NCBI GenBank assembly: GCA_951406725.2
Contig: OX597837.1
Coordinates: 22,878,001-22,942,000 of the forward strand
Direction of reading: 5' to 3'
Origin: Octopus vulgaris
Taxonomy: Eukaryota
Length of the DNA: 64,000 bases
Positions 1 through 13,121 of the stretch are shown here, one piece after another. Position numbers and translations under genes: made by a program. Numbering within the stretch: position 1 is the first letter of the stretch; each line of letters begins with the position of its first letter. Under the pieces are notes generated by a model, which worked only from the letters and a program-made list of their open reading frames with translations, was not told the origin of the DNA and did no database searches.

Positions 1-230
1 TTCAGTGATTGAAGTTGTGTTCTGTCATCAAATCTAAAAGCTAAATTGTTGTAAAAGGTGAAATTATTACAGCAGATTACTATGATTGACAGTTTTACAG
101 GTTGAAATAGGACAACAACAACAACAACAACAACAACATAAAGCTAGAAATGTAATACGGAAATAAATAAATAAAACATGAAACACTCTTCTTCTATTAT
201 TTATATGTTTGCTTAGTAGCTGGAATATAC

Positions 231-261
<31 letters not shown>

Positions 262-431
262 ATAGATAAACGCAGCCACACACACATACACACAAATTAA
301 TGAGGAAAAAAATTGAATAAAAAAAACGTTTCCAATGATTGATAAAATATTTCTAAGCTCAACAACTACAGTCAATTTAGTAGACATATCTCTTATCAAT
401 TAGTAATAATATTTGTATTAAGAAACACTTT

Positions 432-482
<51 letters not shown>

Positions 483-905
483 GCTGCTGCTGCTATTAAA
501 TGTGTTTATTTATTGTTGGTGTGAAGTAAACAAGCAATACAGAATTTTAGAGTGTGTGATGGCTCTTTGCTTGTTGGCAGTAAGTTATCTGATGATGATG
601 ATGATGATGATGATGAAGAGGAGGAGTAGGAAGAGGTAGAGAAATGATGGTTAAAAATACGTTAATCATTGATAATGATTAAAAGCTCATATAAAACATA
701 ATCTGAAAAACATGTAAAACATTACATACCTAAGTTAAACAAAACAATTTGCCAAAAAAAAAAAGCAAAAAACAAAAGCAAAAAAACAAAAAAATGAAAA
801 TTTCATTAAAAGTTAATTGTACTAGTTTAATGTCTGAGGTACGCCCAACTTGTTACTAAGCTTACCGCTGCCACCGCCAACAAAGCTGCAATAATAATAA
901 TAATA

Positions 906-1108
906 ATGATCCTTTCTACTGGAAGCACAAGGTCTCAAATTTAGGGGAGGGGACTAGTCGATTACATTGACCCCAGTGCATAACTGGTAATTATTTAATT
1001 GACCCTGAAAGGATGAAAGGCAAAGTCAACCTCAGAATGTAGTGATGGGCGAAATATGGCAAAGCATTTTGTCCAGCGTGCTAACGATTCTACCAGCTCG
1101 CCACCTTA
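906..1108 (-). mobile_element. tRNA-derived SINE family B (tail type 1, (TAA)n end)
   Basis: Reverse complement of the consensus ggcgagctggcagaatcgttagcacg...gactttgcctttcatcctttcggggtcgataaa...agtaccagt...gccttgtgcctatagtagaaaggatta. Other copies at ~1655-1838, 6834-7050, 16829-17040, 17165-17383, 19250-19443, 49298-49515, 59648-59865. Confidence 0.85.
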
Positions 1109-1116
1109 ATAATAAT

Positions 1117-1646
1117 CATCATCATCATCATCATCATCATCGTTTAGCATCCGCTTTCCATGCTGGCATGGGTTGGACGGTGCAACTGGGATCTGGGAAG
1201 CCAGAAGGCTGCACCAGGCCCAGTCTGATCTGGCAATGTTTCTATGGCTGGATGCCCTTCCAAACGCCAACCACTCCATGAGTGTAGTGGGTGCTTTTTA
1301 CATGCCAGACGAGGTTGGCAAACGGCCATGATTGGATGGTGCTTTTTACGTGCCACCAGCACAGAGGCCAGGCGAGGCTGGCAACGGCCACAATCAGATG
1401 GTGCTTTTTACGTGCCACCGGCACGGAAGTCAGTCGGATGGTTCTCTTATGTGCCACCGGCACTGGTATCACAGCTACAATTTCCATTGATGTTGATCGA
1501 TTTTGATTTTGATTTTTTTTTTTTAAAATATTTTCACTTGCCTCAATAGGTCTTCACAAGTAGAGTTTTGTGACCCAAGAAGGAAAGGTATGCATAAGTG
1601 GACTGAGGCCATGGGTTATGGTCTCACTTGTCCTGCTGGGTCTTCT
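1117..1646 (-). mobile_element. 5'-truncated 3' end (ORF stop plus 3' UTR) of an RTE-clade LINE (family D)
   Basis: Minus strand: ...KTQQDK* followed by a UTR with internal ggtggcacgtaaaaagcacc repeats, gtggttggcgtt..gaagggcatccagc, and a (GAT)n tail. The copy at 37050-37372 retains the RTE-type C-terminus RTWDKLLKPDLKTLSLMKEMAED*DMWCIAVLKKT. Other copies at ~2890-3135, 12568-12865, 25934-26240, 36435-36680, 38431-38770. Confidence 0.7.
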
Positions 1647-1938
1647 AATAATAATAATCCTTTCTACTATAGGCATAAGGTGTGAAGTTTTGGGAGTGGA
1701 AGCAAGTTGATTACACTGACCCCAGAAGGATGAAAGGCAATGTTCGCCTCAGTGGGATTTGAACTCAGAATGTAAAGCCAGGAGAATTGGTGCTAAGCAT
1801 TTTCTCCAGTGTCATAACAATTCTGCTAGCTCACTGCCCTCTTTTTTTTTTTTCGGCCCCTAGTGAGGAAACAATTGGGGGTGGTGGGAGGTGGGAGGAA
1901 TAATTAGAGCTATAATATAAGAGTGCATATACGATATA

Positions 1939-2006
<68 letters not shown>

Positions 2007-2079
2007 GAGTTCTTTCTAAGTCCACAGATAACTGTGAGCAGCTTTCTTGCAGACTTAGGATTTCCTCTCCAATAGAGTA

Positions 2080-2542
2080 TTCTATCTATCTATCTATCCG
2101 CTCAGCCGAAGTTGACTTTTGGTTACTTGATGGATCAGTGTCTTCCAGTCAGTTCTATCCTGGGCCACTTCTTTCGGATTGGCTATGTCCATTCCGGTAT
2201 CACTCTTGATCGTGTCAAGCCAGCGGGTTCTCGGTCGGCCTCTTCCTCTCTTGCCACTGACCATTCCGAGCATGATGTCCTTCTCCAGGGATTTTCTCCA
2301 CATAATATGACCAAAATATGCCAATCTATGCTTGGTGATCCTAGCTTCTAGCGACATTTTCGGCCTGATCTGCTTAAGAACTTCTCCATTGGTGAGCTTT
2401 GCTGTCCATGGAATCCGTAAAAGTTTTCTCCAACACCAAAGCTTGAATGCATTAATTCTCTTCTGGTCAGCTTTCTTTAGTGTCCAGGTCTTGCATCCAT
2501 ATGTTGCTATTGGGAAGACAATTGCGTTCACCAATCTAGCTT
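2080..2542 (-). mobile_element. 3' fragment of a BovB-like RTE LINE (RT C-terminal region)
   Basis: Open frame VNAIVFPIATYGCKTWTLKKADQKRINAFKLWCWRKLLRIPWTAK...LAYFGHIM...LEKDIMLGMVSGKRGRGRPRTRWLDTIK...DRTDWKTLIHQVTKSQLRLSG*, followed directly by a (TAGA)n tail. These are hallmark RTE/BovB motifs. Confidence 0.9.
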
Positions 2543-3135
2543 AATTATGGCTTCATGGTCAAACAGGATATAACTCTGATTTTCTTCCTTTTCTTTTCTT
2601 TTTCCGCTTTCATTCACTCTTTCACTTTTTGCATTTACCTTCTGGTTTTCTTTTCATAATTTCTCTTATATCAGTATCCCAATTTGCAAATTGAATAGAC
2701 CATAAATTCAGAGCCCGAAAACTGCTTGGAAACACAAAGTGTATTATAAAAACCTGCATCTCCAAACAAGAAACTCTTAGTAGCTTTAATCTTTATACTG
2801 TGTACACTAAATTAAATTTATCTCTCTCTGGAGTACTTTTTGTGTTGATCTTACCTTAACGGAACAGTAACCTATGAACCTTTCAGGCGAGATGACGGAA
2901 GACCAAGGTACCTGGCTATACTCAAGAAGACCTGTACTCCACAGCAGAAACGTTAAGACTGATTCTTCTGGTGGTGCCACATAAAAGCACTTAACACACT
3001 CTGTAAAGTAGTTAACGTTAGGAAGGGCATCCAGCTGTAGAGATCATGTCAAATCAGACTGGAGTCTGGTGCAGCCCCCACCCCAGCTTGCCAGCTCTGG
3101 TCACACTGTCCAACTCATGCCAGCATGGACAATGC

Positions 3136-3169
<34 letters not shown>

Positions 3170-3802
3170 CTCTTTTACTTGTTTCAGTCATTTGACTGTG
3201 GCCATGCTGGAGCACTGCCTTTAATGTATGTATATATATATATAAATAAAATAGTGTACATTTAAACACAAGAGAAAACTAACTTTAATAGGTAATTTTC
3301 ACATGCTAGAGGAAGCAGTCAAAACGACCAAAACCACATTTAAGAGCAATTTTCGAAGGGAATGAAAAATAAAAACTTTTACCTTGTTATTTTTTTACGG
3401 TTATACCTAGGTTTCAGATTTCTTTAGCAAATAAAATAAAATAATATATATATATAACATGCTAAATTTTGATGTGATGTTCAGCCTAAACTTTTACATC
3501 TCCCTTTTTCAAGAACAGCTTGATGTATTGGTGAACAATCAACAACATTGGAGAGCATAAAAATTAAATGTATATTTGAGAAAATGTTAGCCAGCATGGA
3601 GGACTGGAAGCCATCTGAATATTAGAAAAGAGTTACCTGTATCATGGTAGTACGCACCAGGTATCAAAATTCCAACATCATGAGTGCTGCTTGATGCTCT
3701 ATGAATACTAAAAGCTGTAAGACATGACATGGACAGCTGCTATGGAGACTACAAAGCCGTGGCTAGCAGGAAGGGCCACACACACACATGTAAACATATA
3801 TA

Positions 3803-4182
3803 CACTTGCGTCAGAAATCAATTAGCACTTCTCAAATTTCTACATTAAATAGGTTAAATCAATTAACCTATGAGCTGTTCAAAACGTCTTACACGATGAG
3901 AAAACTTAGTATGGTGTGATTTCGGTCCTTGCGAGGTACTACCTATATCTATTAAACAAAGGAAGATTTGTCTGCATCCGCACTCCAAGTTGTTGTTGCA
4001 CTGCTATGTCAACATCATAAGGCTGTAGACTCTCAAACTGCTCTGCAAACAAAGTTACGTCATCGTTCTGCGCAACAGTGAACTCGCAACAAAGCAATAG
4101 TTCGAGATATGGCCACTAGGTGACAGCACATACCTTGAGTGAAGAGCAAATCAAGGGTGCTAATTAATTTCTGACGGTAGTG
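3803..4182. mobile_element. Tc1/mariner-type MITE
   Basis: TIRs cacttgcgtcagaaatcaattagcac / gtgctaattaatttctgacggtagtg with TA on both sides; no coding content. Confidence 0.8.
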
Positions 4183-4328
4183 TATATTTGTTTTCCTTGC
4201 CCTATTAGTTTGTTTTTCCCCAAGATTAATTTTTCTCCATTTTGATTATAACTAAATGCACATTTTTTCTCCAATATTTAATATATATATATATATATAT
4301 ATTTGTGCGTGTATATATATATATATAT

Positions 4329-4634
4329 TCCTTGCTTGTTCCTTCTTGAGCCATGCCTGGTTCATAAGGGCCGGTTTCCCGGTTTCCATGGTGTATAGGT
4401 TCCCCACCTGGATGGGACACTGGTCCGTCGCAGGTGAGCTGCAAGATGCAGGAGGAAAGAGTGAGAGAAAGTTGTGGTAAAAGAGTCAGCAGAAGTTTGC
4501 CATTACTTTCTGCTGGAGCTGCGTGGAGCTTAGGTGTTTCACTCATAAACACACATATCGCCCGGTCTGAGATTTGAACCCACGATCCCTTGACCGCGAA
4601 TCCGCTGCTCTAACCACTAGGCCATGTACCTCCA
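4329..4634 (-). mobile_element. tRNA-derived SINE family C (tail variant 2)
   Basis: Minus strand starts ggaggtacatggcctagtggttagagcagcggattcgcggtcaagggatcgtgggttcaaatc (A/B box). The body is shared with 41164-41544 but the 3' tail differs. Confidence 0.8.
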
Positions 4635-5040
4635 CATATATTGCTTAGGCATTGAAGGATTAATAAACTGGTGTACAACTCAATATATGTATGCTTCTGA
4701 ATAAAATGTTAGTTGGGTACAGAGTGGTAATAAGAATAGAGATGACGAAAGAATAACAGATTATCTTATGATAAATTTCATTAGCTTACAACTGTTTCCT
4801 CCATAAGATGCAGTGAATTCATAGTTGAGTGTCTGAGGTATACCTTGCAGTTTCATCAGAGCCTCAAACATGAAGTGCAATTTATTCAGAAAACAGATGT
4901 GTGTGAGTGTGTGTGTGTATATATACACATATCATCATCATCATCGTTTAACATCCGTTTTCCGCGCTAGCAAAGGTTGGACGGATATACACATATATAT
5001 ACACATATATATACATATATATATATACATACACACACAC

Positions 5041-5089
<49 letters not shown>

Positions 5090-5359
5090 TATACACACAC
5101 ATACACATATATATATATGTATATATGCATATATATATATAGATACACATACATGCCCACACACTTTATGTAGTATTCCCTTCCCTTCATGTCATAGGAT
5201 GCAAAACTGTGTTTTAACTTTTAACATAAGAAAATGTAGTGTTTCAACAACACAACTAAACTCACAGTATCACCATATATGTGTTCTCCAGATACAATTT
5301 TACTTATAAGGAAGAAAATATTTTTCAAGGTCAAACATAGTTTGACTTTCACACACAAT

Positions 5360-5740
5360 TTACATACACCAGACACTATATACAAAAACCCATACTAATT
5401 ATATGGATACATAAACACTTCACATTATAATTTTACTTATATAGACATACAAACGCTCACATCTTATTATTTTAGTCATATAGATACACAAATATCCACT
5501 CTATTGTCTTATATAGATACACAAATGTCCTCACACTGTTATTTTAGTTATATAGATATACAAACACACATTGATTATTTTAATGATATAGATACACAAA
5601 TACCCACACGATATTGTTTTATTTACATAAATACCTAAACACCCACACTATTATTTTACTTATGTAGATACACATATACTCACACTATATTTACAGTGGG
5701 TATTTGTGTACAAAAATGCTCACACTAGAACTCCCCCCCC

Positions 5741-5773
<33 letters not shown>

Positions 5774-5841
5774 CACACACACACAAATACTCCCACTATA
5801 TTTACAGTGGGTATTTGTGTACAAAAATGTTCACACTAGAA

Positions 5842-5891
<50 letters not shown>

Positions 5892-5955
5892 AATACTCCC
5901 ACTATATTTACAATGGGTATTTGTGTACAAAAATGCTCATACTAGAATCTCTCTT

Positions 5956-6007
<52 letters not shown>

Positions 6008-6060
6008 CACACACACACAAACACTCACACTATATTATTTCAATTATACAGATACACAAA
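5360..6060. repeat. Degenerate ~36-bp minisatellite grading into a ~115-bp tandem triplication
   Basis: Repeated atagatacacaaatacccacactattatttt units, then three copies of cactatatttaca(g/a)tgggtatttgtgtacaaaaatg(c/t)tcacactagaa-(CT)n(AT)n(AC)n. Confidence 0.85.
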
Positions 6061-7446
6061 ACATACGCAAACACACAAAATATTTTAGCAATATACATAC
6101 ACGCACACATACGCGCTGCATTATTTTGGTTGTACAGATTCATGAACACCCACCCATATTATATTTTGCTTTGGTGATACAGATTTAAGTGAAAACATAT
6201 TGTTATAGAGAACGACAGCGAAGGTGGGAGTACAGTTGAAGATTACGATGTCAAAGAAAACAATGGAGATTATGATGGTGATGGTGATGATGGTGAGGAT
6301 ATAAAGATGATGGCGGTGTTGATTATTTCTTTCAGTTGAATATCACAATAAAAGTTTAAAAACCAAAAAAAAAAAATGGGAGAAAGAACAAGACAAAAAC
6401 AAACAAAAAAAAATGCCAAACTAAATAAGTATACAAAACAAGAAGAGTCAACATTATCTTGAATCAAGTGATAAAGTCTCATGAGATATGTGTGGTGTGT
6501 ACACACAAACACAGTTATCACATAGTCTTTCATAAACTCAAATGACTAAAATGTTTTTTTTTTGTATGAGGCTTGAAGAGACAGGTCTTGATTAAAGATT
6601 AAATTATGAAAATTTTCATAAAACCTCAGTCAAAATAGATGAAAGTATGTGCATGTGTATACATGCGTGTGCATGTGTGTGGTTATTTCTGTATGTTTGT
6701 AAGTGAGTGAGAATGAACAAGTACTATTAGAAATTGAATTTAGTATGGTACCAGATATAAAAAGTATAACATGTACCCACATACTTACACAAACACACAT
6801 GTTATTAACTTATAATTAATTTAATTCAGATTTAAGGTGACACGTTGGCAGAATCATTAGAATGCTGGGCAAAAAGCTTGGCAGCATTTCATCCATTGTT
6901 ACATTCTGGGTTCAAATTCTGCTAAGGTTGACTTTCCTTTCGTTCTTTTGAAGTTGATAAAATAACCACCAGATGAGTACAGCAGGTGATGTAATCGACT
7001 TAGCCACCCCACTGAAACTGCTGGCCTTGAGCCAAAATTTGAAACCAATTCATTTCAGAGTTGTTCTTGTCTAGCCTTGATTTGAGCCTAAGTGTTGAAA
7101 CAAGTGATTGCATCATTGAAGAACCAATTTATATATCCAGCCATTCATTTTTTTCTACCCACCATTCCTAGGATGGTGGTAGAGATCCCCAGGTAGCTTC
7201 ATAATGAGGTCCTATCATAAGCAAGTATCATTAGACTTTTTGGCTGGATTTCCAAGCATGACCAAGTGAGACTATGGATCTGCTTAGTTCATCATCATTT
7301 CCTGCCTCGAACTCCACTGACAGCAGAATGTGCGCTAACACGAGATAGTTTCTCCCATAGTATGAATCTACATTAGTGGACATACCTCATGTTAGTTTCA
7401 TCAACCATACTCTTCCATGTTGACTTAGCGAATTTTGGAAGATGGT

Positions 7447-7670
7447 AGGTGGCGAGCTGGCAGAGTCGTTAGCACGCCGGGCGAAATGCGTAGCTGTATT
7501 TCGTCTGCCGTTATGTTCTGAGTTCAAATTCTGCTGAGGTCGACTTTGCCTTTCATCCTTTCGGGGTCAATTAAAAAAGTACCAGCTACGCACTGGGGTC
7601 GATGTAATCGACTTAATCCGTGTGTCTGTCCCCCCTGTGTTTAGCCCCTTGTGGGTAGTAAAGAAATAGG
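7447..7670 (+). mobile_element. SINE family B, tail type 2
   Basis: aggtggcgagctggcagag...ttctgagttcaaattc...tcgacttaatccgtgtgtctgtc...tgtttagccccttgtgggtagtaaagaaata. Similar copies at 35365-35588, 42185-42412(-), 46174-46397(-), 53515-53703. Confidence 0.85.
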
Positions 7671-8251
7671 TATTAATATTGGAGTTTTCCTTCTAGATTG
7701 ATTACTAAAGAGTTCAGTCTACCCTTACAAAAATCTATTTAACCCATAGATGGGACCCTGAAAAGTACTACCATTCCAGGCCAGAACTGATCTAGGAGTA
7801 ATTGTAATTAAGGAGTGACAGCTCACCACACCTCCAGAACTGGTACCTCACCACCAGATACAGTTTAGTGTCATATCCATCATATCTTACTTCTGATTGT
7901 TCCTCTTCAGATGTTACATCAAATTCAACTGGATTTGCAGTAAAAAGTATTCACCATCCAATCATACACCTTCAGGTTCAAACTATCATTAAATTGTTTC
8001 CCCGCTATTTTTGAAGTTCACTAACCCCACTTATCAGCCCCGAGCATGGGGAGATAACTAGATACTCTGTACCCAATTGTCAGATCCAGAACATGAAAAC
8101 ATACATATCACAAACAAAAAGAGGCTAACAAAAAATTACTGGACAAAAATTTTGAGGATATTATTTGGGATTAGCCACCTGTCAATCTGAAACTAACATT
8201 GCATCAACACACCTGTCAGCTGATTGAGAAGAACACCCCCACCCCACCACC

Positions 8252-8658
8252 TTACTCTTTTACTTGTTTCAGTCATTTGACTGCGGCCATGCTGGAGCAC
8301 CGCCTTTAATCAAGCAACTCGACCCCGGGACTTATTCTTTTTGTAAGCCCAGTACTTATTCTATCGGTCTCTTTTGCCGAACCACTAAGTAACGGGGACA
8401 TAAACACACCAGCATCGGTTGTCAAGCAATGCTAGGGGGACAAACACAGACACACAAACCCACACATGCACATATAAATATATATATATATACATATATA
8501 CGACGGGCTTCTTTCAGTTTCCATCTACCAAATCCACTCACAAGGCTTTGGTCGGCCCGAGGCTATAGTAGAAGACACTTGCCCAAGGTGCCATGCAGTG
8601 GGACTGAACCCGGAACCATGTGGTTGGTAAGCAAGCTACGTACCACACAGCCACTCCT
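8252..8658 (-). mobile_element. tRNA-derived SINE family A (~400 bp, central (TA/TG)n)
   Basis: Reverse complement of ggagtggctgtgtggta...ggttccgggttcagtccc (A/B box)...ccttgggcaagtgtcttctactatagcc...gactgaaacaagtaaaagagtaa. Confidence 0.9.
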
Positions 8659-8946
8659 AAGAAACATCCTTAATAATTTTCCACTTGAAATATCTAATTT
8701 TTAACTAACTCCAAGTTATCCTCTGGATACAGGTGACTGAAAATTCCTACGGATCTTTACCAGAATCTAAAATCTACCACAACCTCTTCAGAAGTAAACA
8801 ATTTACATTGTTGTCTTTTTAATTTTTGCTCTCTCAAAGTGTTTAGGTGTGGTGAGCACCATGGCTGAAAAATTGGTCATAACAACACCTAAAACAATGT
8901 TATCTATGAGCTGAAAGTTGTAAACAAATTCTGCATTGATGACTGA

Positions 8947-9185
8947 TACTCTTTTACCTGTTTCAGTCATTTGACTGAGGCCATGCTGGAGCACTGCCTG
9001 TAGTTGAGCAAATCGACCCCAGGACTTATTCTTTGTAAGCCTAGTACTTATTATCAGTCTCTTTTGCCGAACTGCTAAGTTAGAGACGTAACACACCAGC
9101 ATCAGTTGTCAAGCGATGTTGGGGGGGACAAACACAGACACATAAACGTATACACAAACACAGACACATAAACGTATACACACAC

Positions 9186-9234
<49 letters not shown>

Positions 9235-9402
9235 TATATATGACAAGTTTCTTTCAGTTTCCGTCTACCAAATCCACTTACAAGGCTTTGGTCGGCCTGA
9301 GGCTATATTAGAAAACACTTGCCCAAGGTGCCACGGTGGGACTGAACCTGGAACCATGTGGTTGGTAAGCAAGCTACTTACCACACAGCCACTTCTACGC
9401 CT
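8947..9402 (-). mobile_element. SINE family A
   Basis: Full-length match to the 8252-8658 copy. Confidence 0.9.
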
Positions 9403-10215
9403 ATGGTCAATTTATTTTTAGGTCAACTTATTTTTAGTCTGACTAGGTTTTAATCATGGTGTTTACCAATTCCTACTAAGCTGGAAATTAGGCTGAGGGT
9501 GAGGTTTAAAACTCCCAGCAAACTTGAGCAGGTTCAGTTGATAAATGAATCTTGCAGTTTTCTCTACTATTATAACATGTTTATAACATATCATTAGACT
9601 AACGAAATTGCCCCTTTAAAAGTTTACAATGGAAAAGATCAAGTTCTTCAATAAATGAGGAAAGCAACATTTCGTTTTTCAATTATAAGTGTTATATTGG
9701 CTCATTGAAGCTGCAAATTAATTTAATTATATTTCTTAAAAATGACTGCCAAATATAATTTGTGTTTTATTTTTTCTTAACAATATTGGCAGAGATCAAT
9801 GTCATTTTCGCTTTCAACAAACAGTATGATACTCTCGTATAATTCAATAAAACAAGTCACACATACACTCTTTGAGAGCCAACAAACTTCTGAGAGTTAT
9901 AGCAGCTTGGTAAATTGTTCATTACTGTCTAAGCGTGCCTGTCAAAATATTCTGTCAATTTTTAGTACTTGCTTTCTTCTTAACTCTTTAGCATTCAGAT
10001 TACTATGTCAAATCTTATGCTTATTCATTCACTGTGTTTTGAATTAACCATACATTATTTCGTAGCTTTAAGATTTCAATGGTGTGATTGTTCATCTTTT
10101 GGAATGACATTGTAGGATAAGAGAGAAAGGCTGGATCTTGCCAGACTGAACATAAAACAAGGTAGAATACAAGGCTATAGCTGCTAAAGAGTCAAGATCC
10201 AAATTTTATGTTTAA

Positions 10216-10436
10216 CCCTTTAGTGTTCAGATTATTCTGTTAAATGTAATACTTTTTCACTCAAATTGTTTTGAATTAATCATGCATTATCTTATAGCTT
10301 TGAGGTTTCAATGATGTGAATGTTTATTTTTGGAATGTCACTGTAGGTTAGGTGTGAGAGGCTGGATATCGCCAGTTTGAATATAAAACATGTATAATAT
10401 ATTGGGCCGGATGTGGCCGGATTAAACACTAAAGGG
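10216..10436. mobile_element. piggyBac-type MITE family 1 (TTAA TSD)
   Basis: TTAA|CCCTTTAGTGTT...AACACTAAAGGG|TTAA. A degenerate copy lies immediately upstream at ~9979-10196. Confidence 0.88.
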
Positions 10437-10619
10437 TTAATTATGAAGACTTGTGCTCAAATGTTTTCTGACAAGGTATTACCTACAGACCATATAATCC
10501 ATACAAAAAATGTATGACATGTCCTTCTTCAAATAAGAAACAAAACTGCAACAAAGACTCATTACTGGTAATGCTGTCATTAACTCATGCAACAGTTCTG
10601 TTCAAGGCTCATTATTATT

Positions 10620-11323
10620 AAGCTGGTAAGCTGGCAGAATTATTAGCACGCTGGATGAAATGCTAAGCGATATTTTGCCCATCGTTGCATTCTGAGTTCA
10701 AATTCTGCTGAAGTTGACTTTGCCTTTCATCCTTTTGGGGTTGATAAATTAAGTACCAGTTGCATACTAGAGTCAATCTAATTGACTGGCATCTTCTCCT
10801 AAAATTTCAGGCTTTGTGCCTATAGTAGAAAGGATTATTATTATTATTATTATTAAGGCAGTGAGCTGGCAGAATTGTTAGCATGCTGGATGAAATGCTT
10901 AGCAGTATTTTGCCCATCACTCCAATCTGAGTTCAAATTCTGCCAAAGTTGACTTTGCCTTTCATTCTTTTGGGCTCAATAAGATAAGTATCAGTTGGAT
11001 ATTGGGGTCAATGTAATTGATTCATCTCCTCCCCCAAAATGGCTGCTCTTATGGCAAAATTTGAAACCATTACTACTACTACTACTACTATTATTATTAT
11101 TATTATTATTGCAAAGGTAGTGAGCTGGTAGAATTATTAGTACATCAAGCAAAATGCTTAGCTGTATTTCTTCGGGCTTTGTGTTCTGAGTTCAAATTCC
11201 ACCGAGGTGAACTTTGCCTTTCACCCTTTCAGGATCGATAAAATAAGTACCAGTTGAATACTGGGATTGATGTAATTGACATACCCCTACCCCAAAATTG
11301 CTGGCCCTGTATCATAGTTTGAA

Positions 11324-11359
<36 letters not shown>

Positions 11360-11360
11360 G
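10620..11360 (+). mobile_element. Three head-to-tail SINE family B copies separated by (ATT)n
   Basis: Three SINE-B heads at ~10620, ~10855 and ~11114, each following an (ATT)n tract. Confidence 0.85.
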
Positions 11361-11479
11361 CTATATATGATTTCATAGCAGGAGATATCCCTGTATCTGT
11401 AACAAAATTTACAGTAAATATCACATCTTTGTGCGGTGCACTATTTTTTTTATCAAAACACTGCATTTTTCACCAATAA

Positions 11480-11998
11480 AGCATTAATGTCCAACAGCAT
11501 AGAAAATGGTGAGTTTTGAAGACCATTAATAAATTTATTTTCAACATTAACCCATTTCATCAAAGTGTAGTCTTAGAGTTTTTATAACTGAAGTTGGAAC
11601 TTAATGCACAGCTGTTGAGAAAACACTTTGATAGAAAGTGTTATCAAAGTTCCACCTACATTATGGCTGTTACTGCTCTCTGCAATTAATTGTGATATAT
11701 GATAAGCTACAGTTTATCTATCTTCGTGATTTGCCTTAAATGATGCAGTTTTTTTTTTTTTAGAATGGTTTTTAAATCTCTTATATGGTTCTTGAAAATG
11801 TTCAATAGGTTTATCATTATCTTTCGAATGTTGAGTGTAACAAGATGTTTTCGTCGCCGGCTTGGTTTCATTGTTTTGTTAGAAAATGCCTCGTGGCATA
11901 AAGAAAATTTGGATGTTTCTTCTAAACAACAGATTCAATAAACCTACTTCCAAATACTCTGGTAAATAGCCGCAAGGATATTTATTTTTTCTAGACAT
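11480..11998 (-). pseudogene. Degraded hAT (Charlie/Buster, ZBED5/SCAND3-like) transposase N-terminus
   Basis: Manual minus-strand translation with frameshifts gives MSRKNKYPCGYLPEYLEVG...LCHEAFSNKTMKPSRRRKHL...HSKDNDKPIEHFQ...YHISQLIAESSNSHNVGGTLI...HFDEMG..VENKFINGLQNSPFSMLLD. This follows the typical YL..GF / C..C...LSN.SMKPS.L.RHL / SY.IS..IAK..K.HTIGE.LI / IDEM / FS.QLD motif order. Confidence 0.75.
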
Positions 11999-12278
11999 AT
12001 GTAAAGTAAATTGTCAAACAAAACAAAAAAATTCACAACAGAATCACAAATGAAAATTAGAAACCTTTCCTTGTATCAGTCAACATATTTCTCCTGAGTA
12101 ACTTATATCTTATGTCATCCCTTATACCAACCATTTTGTTGAAATAATGCAATAGAAATGACTCATACATCATACACTGCATCTTATGCGAATCACTTCA
12201 CTGAAGGAGAGAGAAAGAGAGAGATATTTCTGATAGACAGCTGTATTCTATGGTGTTGTTGATGTTCATATTATATTC

Positions 12279-12550
12279 AGTGAGCCCTTTATTTGAACAA
12301 CAGATATCTTAATTCTATGACTATGAAAATCTAAAAACATGTAAGGTTTAATTTCTGGACTTCATGATGTGCTGTGCACTTGTGGATTAGACAAGAGATG
12401 TGGCTTTGAGTCCCATGAGTGGCCTTTGCCTTTTTCTATCCAGCAACCCAATATATACATGCTATTCTTTATAGCTGTATGTGATGTGCTCCGAGAAGCA
12501 TTATTCCAAAAAATAATTATTTCACATTCTCTTGAAAGTTTATAAAATTC
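12279..12550 (+). repeat. ~270-bp direct repeat, copy 1
   Basis: High-identity copy at 13795-14066 (gtgagccc...atttgaacaacagatatc...cacattctcttgaa...tataaaattc). Confidence 0.9.
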
Positions 12551-13121
12551 TTATGGCATCAGTAATCATAATCATCATCGTTTAACGTCCGCTTTCCATG
12601 CTGGCATGGGTTGGACCGTTTGAGTGGGGACTGGCAAGCCAAGAGGCTGCACCAGGCTCTAATCTGATCTGGCAATGTTTCTACAGCTGGATGCCCTTCC
12701 TAACACCAACCACTCCGAGAGTGTAGTGGGTGCTTTTTACGTGCCACCAGCATGGGAGCCAGTCAGGTGGCACTGGCATCAGCCATGTTTGGATGGTGGT
12801 TTTTACATGCTACTGGCATGGGGAACCAGTCAGGCAGCACTGGCAACGACCACAACTACAATTTCCACACACACACACACATTTACACATGTACACACAT
12901 ACAAATGCATACATATATATATATATGCATATAAACAGATATGCTTATATACTTGAATATGTGTGTGTATATATATTATTATGTGTATATTTTATTAAAT
13001 CTTTGAAATATATATATATTTCTTTTACTTTTTCTTGTTTCAGTCATTTGACTGCAGCCATGCTGGAGCACTGTCTTAAGTTACATATGGAAAAAGGTAT
13101 ATAGAGAAAGAGAATACTTAC

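Noticed and set aside
3585-3780. Possible Tc1-like transposase N-terminal remnant
   Set aside because: It contains multiple stops, and I could not establish a diagnostic motif or TIR pair.
1-13121. Next downstream tomosyn exon (...WHHEGKQF...), and the upstream exon (...LHLWNLRQK...) in 59118-64000
   Set aside because: Neither was found by manual reading; they presumably lie outside the window.
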